Assembly: GCF_009914755.1 (NCBI RefSeq)
Contig: NC_060938.1
DNA length: 64,000 nucleotides
Source of the DNA: the human T2T-CHM13v2.0 reference genome, Homo sapiens
Reading direction: 5' to 3' (one strand)
Below are positions 13,951 through 23,775 of this stretch, in pieces. Positions within the stretch are counted from its first letter, which is position 1. Each line of letters opens with the position of its first letter. The notes under the pieces are model-generated. The model did no database searches. It was not told where the DNA came from and saw only the letters and a program-made list of their open reading frames with translations. A program made the translations under genes and the position numbers.

Positions 13951-14608
13951 ACAGATTATCTCTTCTACTACTAGTTGCCTTCAAAAAGCAGATACTTCAG
14001 AAGCTGTAGCTTGATGCTTCTGGGAATTCTACATAGCACTGCCACCTCTGTTCTTATTCACTTTTCAATATATTTATAGATGGAAAGATTTCAATGAATG
14101 AGAAACAAAGTTGGGATGTGAGAACCCTTAGGGGCACAGACATGCATGTCCACAACCATTGCAAGCTTCCTGGTTGTAGGATGAGCCCTGGGCAGGTGAA
14201 AATGTAGGTCTGACCCAGTCTAATACTTTTACATTCTTTGATTTATAAGTTGATTAAAGTTTTTGCCAATTCAGGAGGAAAAAATCACAAGAGTAGAATG
14301 TTATTCAAATTGTTTGGTATTAGGTGACTTGGTATGTTAGCGCTACTGAAGCAAATATATAGACAAGACTTTGGTTGATTGGCAGGATTTTGACTAGATT
14401 AATCAGACATTTGAGCATTATGAAAAACAATCATTTTTCTTTAACAATTATTGCCTTTTAAATGAATAAGCTAATATGAAAGTGACAAGTGAGACCTCAC
14501 TAGGGGCTGAGATAGCTAACATAAATATGTAAGTTATGGTACAGACAGAAAGAATGACAAAAATTTACACATTTAAAAACATTTTATCAATTAAGAATTT
14601 CCTGTTTA

Positions 14609-14844
14609 GGAAGGGGAATATCACACTCTGGGGACTGTGGTGGGGTCGGGGGAGGGGGGAGGGATAGCATTGGGAGATATACCTAATGCTAGATGACACG
14701 TTAGTGGGTGCAGCGCACCAGCATGGCACATGTATACATATGTAACTAACCTGCACAATGTGCACATGTACCCTAAAACTTAGAGTATAATAAAAAAAAA
14801 AAAAACATTAAAAAAAAATGCAAAAAAGAAAAAAAAAAAAAAAA
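14609..14844 (+). mobile_element. L1HS pre-Ta, extremely 5'-truncated (about 180 bp of 3'UTR plus A-rich tail)
   Basis: Diagnostic ACG at 14698-14700 (gatgacACGttagt) and G at 14783 (aacttaGagtataa). Perfect TSD aagaatttcctgttta at 14593-14608 and 14845-14860; endonuclease-type site TT/AAGA. Confidence 0.95.
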
Positions 14845-15469
14845 AAGAATTTCCTGTTTAATAAGTTTTATAAAACAGTGAAGTATGTGGATTAAAGAGA
14901 CTCGCTTCTGTCTCCCTTACTTCTTGATGTATTTTTTTCCTCTTTCTTTCTCCCTCTCTCTTTTTTATCTCTGTAATTGCTGGCACTTTAATGTAGAAAA
15001 TAGGCTCATTCGTCTTGTCTTCTAATGAGCTTTATACAGTATAAGAAAACGTAAAGTCTGGAAAGGGGTGTTAATGTTGGATCCTAAGAGCCCCAGCATT
15101 TGTACGTTTGACTCTATCATCTTTTATCATGTAGCAAAAGACATAAGCCAACAAAGCGTGCTATCTATAGAAAATACTTGTAACTGTTTTGTTAACCCAA
15201 GAGTTGACCCCTTTACATGTAATTTCAGGCTCAGAATCAGATCAAAGGCCCCAGTTTGGGTTATGTGTGCACTGTGACCTCTTCCATGGTCTCTGAGTTC
15301 CCCGAAGGAGAGGTCTAGGTCTTTCTCATTGTCATCTCTTCATGCCCAGCAAGCTCGGCAGTGTTTGAGGATGAATTGCTTGTACTATGAGGAACTTGGG
15401 AGATTTGGGCAACATATTTGCTGGTGAACTGGCACTTCGGCACCTGTGTTGCTATCTTTTTACAGAGTC

Positions 15470-15635
15470 AGTGTGGTTTGCTGGAAAGGATAGTAGATAG
15501 GAAGTCAGGAGCTAGTTCTTTCTTTGCCTATATGACCTTAAGAAGTCCTCTTAATCTCTTCAGGGTAAAGTGTCCTCATAAAGTGTAATACTTGGGCTAA
15601 ATAGTATTCTTTAGTCTCTTCCAGCTTTAAAATTT
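15470..15635 (+). mobile_element. MIR/MIR3 remnant
   Basis: cagtgtggtttgctggaaag...aggaagtcaggagctagttct...tgaccttaagaagtcctcttaatctct...cttccagctttaaaattt. Confidence 0.6.
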
Positions 15636-15669
15636 ATGTTTAAAATAGAAGAAAATGTGTCTGTGATTT

Positions 15670-16290
15670 TTTGTCTTTTCATTTTGAAATAATTTTGAAC
15701 CTACAGAAAAGTTGAAAGAATTGTACAAAACTGCTCCTGTTTACCTTCACTCAAATTCATCAGTTGTTAAGATTTGCTCACATTCTCTCTCTCCACACTC
15801 ACACACAAAATTTTTGTTTTGAAACATTTACGAGTTGTAGACGTTGTGCCCCTTTACTCCCAAGTACTTCAGAATGCATTTCCTAAGTACAATGATGTTT
15901 TCTTACATCACCATGATGTATTCATCAAATTCAGGAGAGTAAATACTGATTCAATATTATTATCTGATAGCCCATATTTAAATTGTGCCAGTTGTCCCAA
16001 TATTTTCCATATCAATTTTTCCCCTGCTCCAAGACTCGTTCCAAGATTACACATTGCATTTAATAGTTGTCATGCCTGTTTAGTGTCCTTTGTCCTGCAC
16101 AACTTTGAGATTTTTGAAAATTACAGGGCAATTTTTTTGTAGAAAGTCTATTAATTTGAGTTTGCCTGATGTTTCCTCATAAGATTCCAGTTATACCTTT
16201 TTATCAGGAATATGACACTAATTGAGATCACATTCTTCTCAGTGCATCACATCAAAAGGCACATAGGTCATGATGTTAAAAAAAGTTAAT
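15670..16290 (-). mobile_element. L1MC-type 3'UTR fragment
   Basis: attttgaaataattttgaacctacagaaaagttgaaagaattgtacaaa...gtttgcctgatgtttcctcat is the reverse of an L1MC4/5-like 3' end. Confidence 0.7.
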
Positions 16291-16806
16291 GTAAATTTTA
16301 TGGGGGAAACATTTTCCATTCTCGCTGGATTTGAGCTCCGTCAACAAGACCATAAACAAATGGAAATTACCCAGGTATTGGAATTCTCTAGATTAAGTAA
16401 ACTGACTGCCTGTATATTTTAGTTTCTATCTAAATAATTTTTATTTTGTGTTAGAAAGACTTTAAATAATAATTCCTGCACTCAACTCAAGAAACCTTAG
16501 TAAATTTGAAAAGTGTTTGAAAAGTATGATGAAGAGAATTCACATCCCATGTGATAACATGATGGATTTTTTTCTGTAAGAAAGAAATCCTAAAGGATCA
16601 TCTTGTTAACATTATGCCAGGCAGGATTATGAAGGCTAAAGAGAAAAATGGGGTCAAATAATAGAACAATAACAAAAACACAGCTCTCCTGATCTTTACT
16701 TCAATACTTTTTTCACTACATTGTTGCTCCCATGAATCACTATCTGGAAGCAAATCTGGCTTTTTTTAAAAAAATAAAGAAGGCAGTTAGTCAATGACTA
16801 TATGCC

Positions 16807-16931
16807 TTATGCCTAGTGTTCCATTATTGGAACGCTGAGCATGTGGGAGTTATTTATATCCTACTGCTCAAGGTCATCACCAAGGTCTGATTGGAAAAAT
16901 TCAAAAAATTGCAACCTCAGGCATAAATTGC
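16807..16931 (+). mobile_element. MER85 (PGBD3/piggyBac-derived MITE)
   Basis: ttatgcctagtgttccattattggaacgctgagcatgtgggagttatttatatcctactgctcaaggtcatcaccaaggtctgattggaaaaattcaaaaaattgcaacctcaggcataaat closely matches the 140-bp consensus; piggyBac TTAA at 16932-16935. Confidence 0.92.
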
Positions 16932-17041
16932 TTAACATGTTTCATAGCACCCTCAGAATAGCACCATGGACCAGTTGCAGTGATGATGTCCCAGTAAAAA
17001 TAAAAATAACCACCTTGGATTCATTGGGCCACTTTGGGACA

Positions 17042-17075
17042 CTGTAGTGTTACTGCAGAGCAGTAGATGGCACTG
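17042..17075 (+). promoter_or_regulatory. Candidate CTCF site (core plus upstream motif)
   Basis: Core AGAGCAGTAGATGGCACTG (17057-17075), with CTGTAGTGTT (17042-17051) 5 bp upstream resembling the CTGCAGT upstream motif. Motif evidence only. Confidence 0.55.
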
Positions 17076-17204
17076 TTAATATACATTGATTTTAGTATAA
17101 AATCTGGAAAAGGGAAGTAGTATTCCAGAGATTTACTATGTGGTTGTTCCAACTAAAGTAGTGATACTTCACTTATTTGGTGAAATCCTATCAAGTCTGT
17201 AGTT

Positions 17205-17287
17205 GTTATGATACTTATTTTCAACTCCCCTAACCTAACTGTGGAGTTAGGTTATGATACTTATTTTCATCTCCCCTAACTGTGGAG
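17205..17287. repeat. Imperfect ~40-bp tandem duplication
   Basis: gttatgatacttattttca(a/t)ctcccctaac...tgtggag at 17205-17246 and 17251-17287. Confidence 0.9.
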
Positions 17288-19049
17288 GTTTTGCTTTTTG
17301 GCTTCTCCCCGCTCCTCACATACAAATAATGCAACTTACACATTTGGCTCCAAGAATTTAGTACTTCATTTGGTACTAGTAAGTCATTTATTATTTACCT
17401 TACAATTAATATTAGAGACCTGGGAGGATACAGGGTCTAATAATTTTATGTATTTCTTAGCTAAAGAAATATTCTTGGGAACATTTCATACTTTTGACCT
17501 GTTTGTATGTTTATATAGAAAGTTTTAATGCACCAAGTTTTTCTGATATTTGATTTAGTTGCTGAAAATAAGTCGATGGTTATTTTACTTTTCATTTAGA
17601 TAAAAGTCATGAAGATCTGTTTCATATTTCATGACATCACTGTTTATTTGGAATGAGTGGGCAAGATATTTTATAACTCACGTATAAGAAACCTAAAAAG
17701 AAATCTGGAAATAACAACAACTCCATACTCCTTAATGAATTCAGGCCTTGATTATTTGCATTGAATGCAAACCTTTACTGGCTGATCACATCTTTTAAAC
17801 ACCTCACTTAAATTATGCAGATAAAAATTACATTCTGCTCCTTTATTTAAAAAAACCTTGAAGAAATGATTAAAACTATGTTTAACCAAATGCTTCAGAT
17901 GAGAAAAATCATAAATAATGAAATGATATTTAAATTTGCTTTTTTAAAAAATAAAATCATTTAGTTTTCCATCTCAGGGTGAGAGAAGTTACACCTTCTA
18001 GAACCATGACATCATATGAAATGTTGACATCTATTATCAACCTAATTAACTATTTGCTGTTCAAATTGTGGTGAAAGTACATTGAGACTTCTTTTGTACT
18101 CTTATCGCTTGTTTAATACCAAATTGCCTGGCATCTGTGTATCAAGGCTTTGATCTAATACTCTATCAGTTGTTGGCTTAGGCACAAGAGACTGCAGAGT
18201 ACACAAAGCTGTCACTGCAGACTCCAGGGAAAAAGAGGCTGTTGATATACAGTCCTGATTAGCCAAGTCAGTCAATATTTGCATGACGCAATGATAATGC
18301 CTTCTTTATGTTAGATTGTTATTTCACTGAAGCAAGTAGGAAACTTCCTTTTCAAGAGCTCAATATATTTTTCAGAAATTCTTTTTCCCTCTCAGGTACA
18401 TATATGGCATTTTCTTTCATCTCTCTCCATTTCCTCTCCTGCCTTCAATGTTTGATCACACACAAATGCAACATAATGACACATTCTTGAGAAGTCTATA
18501 GTTTTTAGGATTTATATGTGAAGGAATTTTGTTAAAGTTATTATCTTACCTATAATATATCAAAATATCAGAATCAGAACTACCTCTTTCATTTTTGTGT
18601 ACTTTAAATATAAAAGTTGGTTGTTTTATTCCTATTTTCTATTCTCTAACCTTCAGTTACTTGATTTGTAAACTCCACACACTGATGTCTTGATTCTACT
18701 TTCTAGCATAGACTTTAGGCTAGCACATCTTTTAATATTACTCAAATGTTAGGAGACATGAATCTTACAATATTCATATTTCAATGGAGGCAATAGAAAG
18801 CTACATTGAGCTCACATCAAAAGTTGAACATTTCTCCATTCACTTTATTTCATATTATTTTAGAAGTGTTGGCCTTTGCAATGGGGATTTGATATTTATA
18901 AGATTCTGTTTATACTTAGCAAAATTTCTAATCACATTCTATTATTTGAGATGCTCTTTCTCTCTCCAACCCTCTTTCCACTCTTATCTTTTAATATATG
19001 AAAGGAAATTGATGGTGATAAACAACCAGACTGGTATCTCCTTTAAAGT

Positions 19050-20215
19050 CATTCAGTCATCATTTATGAGCCAAGGATTGCGTTATTTGCTGGAGGTGAC
19101 AAAAACAGCAAGACACTGTCTCTGCACTCTGAGAGAGAAAAAAACCATAAAAGTTGGCAGGAGCCAGATCACAGAGGGCCTTACAAAGAAGTTTGGGTCT
19201 TATCTTAAAATAGTATGGTGTTACAGCATTTTAAAATAAGAGGACTATGATTGGATTTATGATTTGGAAAGGCAAGGCTGCAGGATAAAGGACAGGGCAG
19301 AAGGGTGAGACTAGAAGTAGGAAGAATATAATTAGGAGACTGTATCAACAATTAGACAAAGCTAAATGTTCTTCACCTTTTGGGGCCTTAGATCCCTTTT
19401 TAGAATCACATATGTATATACACACACATAATTCACACATACTATCAGATGGTTCACAGATCTCTTAAAGTGTGTGAATTCCAGGTAAGAACTCTTTGAA
19501 TAAATGATAAGGGCATTAATCAATGCACTAGCAGTGGAGATAGGGAATATCACAGATACGAGAGGTATAACAAAGAATCTATAGTATATATTGGCAGATT
19601 GAATATGAGAGGTGAGAGATGGCAGAGTCTCAGATGGCTTCCAAGATTCTAGTTATCTATGGTGACTGGGTAGATGGTAGTGCTTTCATCAAGGCAAAGA
19701 ATAGAAAGAAACATGTTGAGATTGTTGGAAAGCCTGTGGAATATTCTGGTGGAGGCATAGGTCTCTAGAGTTCAGTAGAGGTGTCTGGGCTGAAAGTATT
19801 GATTTAGAATCTTGAGCCTGTAAACAGCCATAGGTTGAGTTCACCTAATGAGATAATGTAGAGTAAGAAAGAGAAGGGCAGGCCATAATCCTTGGGGAAC
19901 ACCAGCTTCGAAGGCTCCGTCAAAGAAAGAGGAGTGAACGAAGTAGACAGAGTTATAAAGAAAAACAAGAGTGAAGAGCCTTAGACTCCAAAAGAAGAAA
20001 TAATATCCAAGAAGGCATGGGCCACAACATCAAGTATTTCAAGGACAAATACCTCTAGTATTTCTTTGCATGTGACAATTAGGTAGTTATTGATGATTCC
20101 CACCAGAAGAGTTTCAATAGAATTGGGCTGAGATGAAGGTGATAAGCCACACTGCTGAAAGTTAAAGAGTGAGTGGGAGATGAGAAAGTGGCTATGGAAT
20201 ATTCAAGGACATTGT
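19050..20215 (-). mobile_element. L2 LINE remnant, possibly interrupted by a small hAT MITE near 19365-19495
   Basis: Reverse L2 motifs: ggcaggagccagatcacagagggcctt...aagaagtttgggtcttatct, gtgactgggtagatggtagtgc, ttaaagagtgagtgggagatgagaaagtgg. Confidence 0.7.
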
Positions 20216-20242
20216 GATGGTAAGATGAGTGATTGAACTAAA

Positions 20243-20413
20243 ATAGATATATACACATATATATCCGTATTATATGTATATATGTGTATGTGTGTATATA
20301 TGTATATACTCTCTATCGATAGATATCTATCTAGATATCTATTGATAGATATCTATCTAGATATCTATTGATAGATATCTATATAGATCTATCTAGATAT
20401 CTATATATATATA
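20243..20413. repeat. AT-rich (TA)n / (GATA-TATC) palindromic tandem repeat, 26-bp period gatagatatctatctagatatctatt
   Basis: Read directly from the sequence. Confidence 0.9.
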
Positions 20414-20434
20414 GAGACAGAGTGTGTGAGTGTG

Positions 20435-21300
20435 TTGCTGGGTCAAAATACATGTACATTTTTAATGTGGATAGATATATATGATTGCCTCCCCCTAAAA
20501 GGTTATATTCATTCATTGCTATAATTCTTTACAGGAGTATCCTGTTTCCTACCCCATGGATAGATATACACTATTGCCTCCCCCTAAAAGATTATATCCA
20601 TTCACTTCTATAATTCTGTATAGGAGTATCCGATTTTCTACCCCAACAGCTATATATTAACATGCCTTCCAACTTTTTCTTGTCTGATGGCAAAAACTCT
20701 TTAATTTGCTTTCTGATTATTCACAAGGTTGCACATCTTCTTATACGTAATTTTTAGCTATTCATATTTCTTTACCTGTGTCTTACTTGTTTATAATCTT
20801 CATCCATTTTCCTATTGAGTTTGCTATTTCATTGATTTGGAAGAACTCTTTACAAATATTTTTCACCTGAAAATGTTAAAAGCATTTTCTTCCAGGCTGT
20901 GTTGTGTGTTTTAACTTTATTTATGGTGTCTTTATCACAACCATATATGTCAATCTTTACCTTTATAAAAATGTAAAATATTTTCATTTTATTCCAGTGT
21001 TTAATAGATTACATATGGCTTTGTTTCATCTGAAATTTGTGTGAGACATAATACAGAGCACAAACTTTATTCTTGTGAAATAGTTACTTGATTTTGCCAA
21101 TACCATGCATTAAATATCCACTCTTCCTGGTGGTTTGAAATACCGCTTTTATTATATACCAAATTCTATATATACAGGGGTCTGTTTTCAGATTTTATGT
21201 TTGTTCCATTAGTATGTTTGCCTATTCCTGCACTATGTTTACACTGCTTTTAAAAATAGAGCTTCATATGATGTTTGATATCTGGTAGGATAAATACTCT
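20435..21300 (-). mobile_element. Old L1 (L1ME-type) fragment
   Basis: gttgctgggtcaaaat...tttaatttgctttctgattat...catccattttcctattg...tttgttccattagtatgtttgcctattcctgcac are reverse L1 ORF2 3' motifs. Confidence 0.7.
20468..20645. repeat. 89-bp diverged tandem duplication
   Basis: tggatagatata...attgcctcccc...aggagtatcc...ctacccca at 20468-20556 and 20557-20645. Confidence 0.92.
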
Positions 21301-23534
21301 TTTTCCTTCTCTCCTGCTCCTGGTCTGGGCTGTGTTTCCCTCTGGTTTTGTTCTTGTCAATACACTCCCCTTTGATTTTCTATCTTCTAGGATTCCTTAG
21401 AATCTCTTGTCTGCTGATGAAATTTTTATTTTCTAATATGCTCATTAAATTTATTATTTTAAAATATCTGTCTTTTCTTGGGTTGGAGCCAGGAGTAGAT
21501 GCATGTGTTTTGTCTGCCATCTCGATACACTTCCTCAGAGGGATGCTTATAAAATAATCTACATGTGGCCAGTTGGTTGTCACCTTACAAAGCAAACAAC
21601 ATACAGCTGTGTAAGGATTGTTAAGTAACCATTCTGTATTCTGGAAATCTTTTAATGATCAACAACAGTTTGATGTATAATATATTTTATAGGCCTCATT
21701 GTAAAGAAATGAATGTTGATACCCTAAAGTGCTGATTCAATCTCTCTCAAAGTGTTTTCCCTTCAAATTAGTGTTTGTCTGCTTATATTCTGTGCTTGTC
21801 TTACCTTGGGGATGATTTCTTAAAACAAATTATGAGGCACATTCTGGCAATAAGAAATTTCCTAAATGTGATGTTTAACATTGGTGCCTAGAAATCATAA
21901 GCAGTTCAATTGACTGTATTTTGTTATTTTTTTTCTTTTGAATGGGGAAAGGGTAGAAGAATCTGTTTTCTTCACAGATGAAATTTTCCATTAAAGGAAG
22001 CTATTATATTTCCATATCAGTACACTTATTTTATACTCAACCTCTCTAGGGGTGACAGCCTGTTCAGCAGGAAAGCCCTAAAGGTCATCCAATGACTAGA
22101 TTGATACATTTCACGGAAAAATTGAGACTAACTTTCTTACTGTGAAATATAGAAACCTGAGTCATCATTACCATAAACTCATAGCAGATCTATAGTTACC
22201 TTTGAAATAAAAGGGGATTACAGGACATTCTTGTTTTGATGGTGGGCTCCAGTTTCTCATCCTCAAAAATTTGGTTCTCATATTAAAATACTATTAATAC
22301 AAAAATTATGCCATATGAAGTGAGTATCCAAAGATTTCTAAATAAAACATGTACTGAAATTAGCAAAAATTTCTCATAGTGTTATATGGGATTAACGGCG
22401 ATTTCACAAATGGGAATACCTTTTTAATTCTTTCTACTTATTTACCTATGTATTTGGAAGTACAGTATTACAAACTAGGGAGCGGCTAAGACTGGCTAAG
22501 CAATCATGCTGGAAATTATTGCATAGCTCAGCAAAATATCCTAAAAATAAAAATATGCCTTACTTTTATGTCCAGGAACTTTTTATTATTTCTGACTTAG
22601 AAAATGTTATTTCTAAATTTTTAATGCTAGTTATACTTCTTTCTTTTGGTCACCATAAGGCTTTCTAGCACTTTCCTCAAAGGAAGGGAAATTAAATAAA
22701 TGGGTATAACTCAGTCCACTTTGGTGACAGCTTGTTTGTGAGCTCGAGTTTGGAGACAGAATAAATTGGACTATTTGCTAAAATGGGGTTTTAGGATTAT
22801 TCAAGAGGAAACAATTTCATGTATGGCTTTTCACTCTGGTTAGTCTTTGATTGTAGATCCTACATTTATTACTGTGTAGTCAGTATGCTTACAACTGGGC
22901 ATCCCAATGGCTAGGAGATAATGTGAGTCTCTGGACAAACACTCCTGCTGAGCCAGAAATGCTGTCAGAATTTCCTCAAAGAATGATCTCAGTGTTTGTC
23001 TTTATTCTGATTTCAATCACACGGTGATTTGTCAGGGCTTTATAAATGCAATTTAATCCTGTTCAATTTCCAAGGAGGGGTGAACATGCAACAAAATGAA
23101 TTAACTAGGCCAATCATAATCAAACACTGCAGAAAGCCAGGCAGAACCCACCATATGCCAAGGGTGTATAGATCTCATCCTGCCTGGGAAAACTTGACAC
23201 TCCGCCTGGTGCAGGGATTGGGAGGGTAACTGAGGGAGGTAAGGAGGTAGGATATCCCTTAGGGAAGGAGCATCACTCCTCTCAGGAGATCTGTTCCTAT
23301 GACTTTCAACAAAGCACCACCGAATTGTCATTGTATTTTGTGAGTAGCTAAATTCTTCTGGGAATTAAGGAAAAAATTTGAAGTTGCCATGAAGGTAGCC
23401 TCTTCCCAATTACACCTTAGCTAAAGGTAGCACTCTGATTCTCTGAGGATAATTGGTCCATCTAATAAAATCACATTGAATCTGGAGCAATCCTGAGTGT
23501 TTTCTAAGCTCAAGCTAAGAAATGCTGCTTTCAA

Positions 23535-23775
23535 GGGGCAGCAGTACAGCATTAAGAACATGGTATGGCCCTGCGGGCTGGTTTTACTACTGATTACTTA
23601 TGTGACCTTGGGTGAGTGACTTAACTTCAATGAGCTTTTGTTTTTTTTTTTTTTCATTTGTAAAATGCAGATAATACCCTCATGGTGTTGATGTTGAAAT
23701 TAAGGGAGACAATGAAAGTAAAGTGCTTAGTACACTGCATGGCATGTGGTAAATGCTCCATAAACATTCATGTTA
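23535..23775 (+). mobile_element. MIR
   Basis: tatgtgaccttgggtgagtgacttaacttcaatgagc...catttgtaaaatgcagataata...aaagtgcttagtacactgcatggcatgtggtaaatgctc. Confidence 0.85.

Noticed and set aside
16957-16978. REST/RE1-like sequence aatAGCACCATGGACcagttgc
   Set aside because: The central 12 bp match, but the left TTC and right AGCGCC parts do not and there is an extra base; too weak to call.
18784-19239. 151-aa ORF
   Set aside because: Composition is typical of AT-rich non-coding DNA, it runs into an antisense L2, and I recognise no homology.
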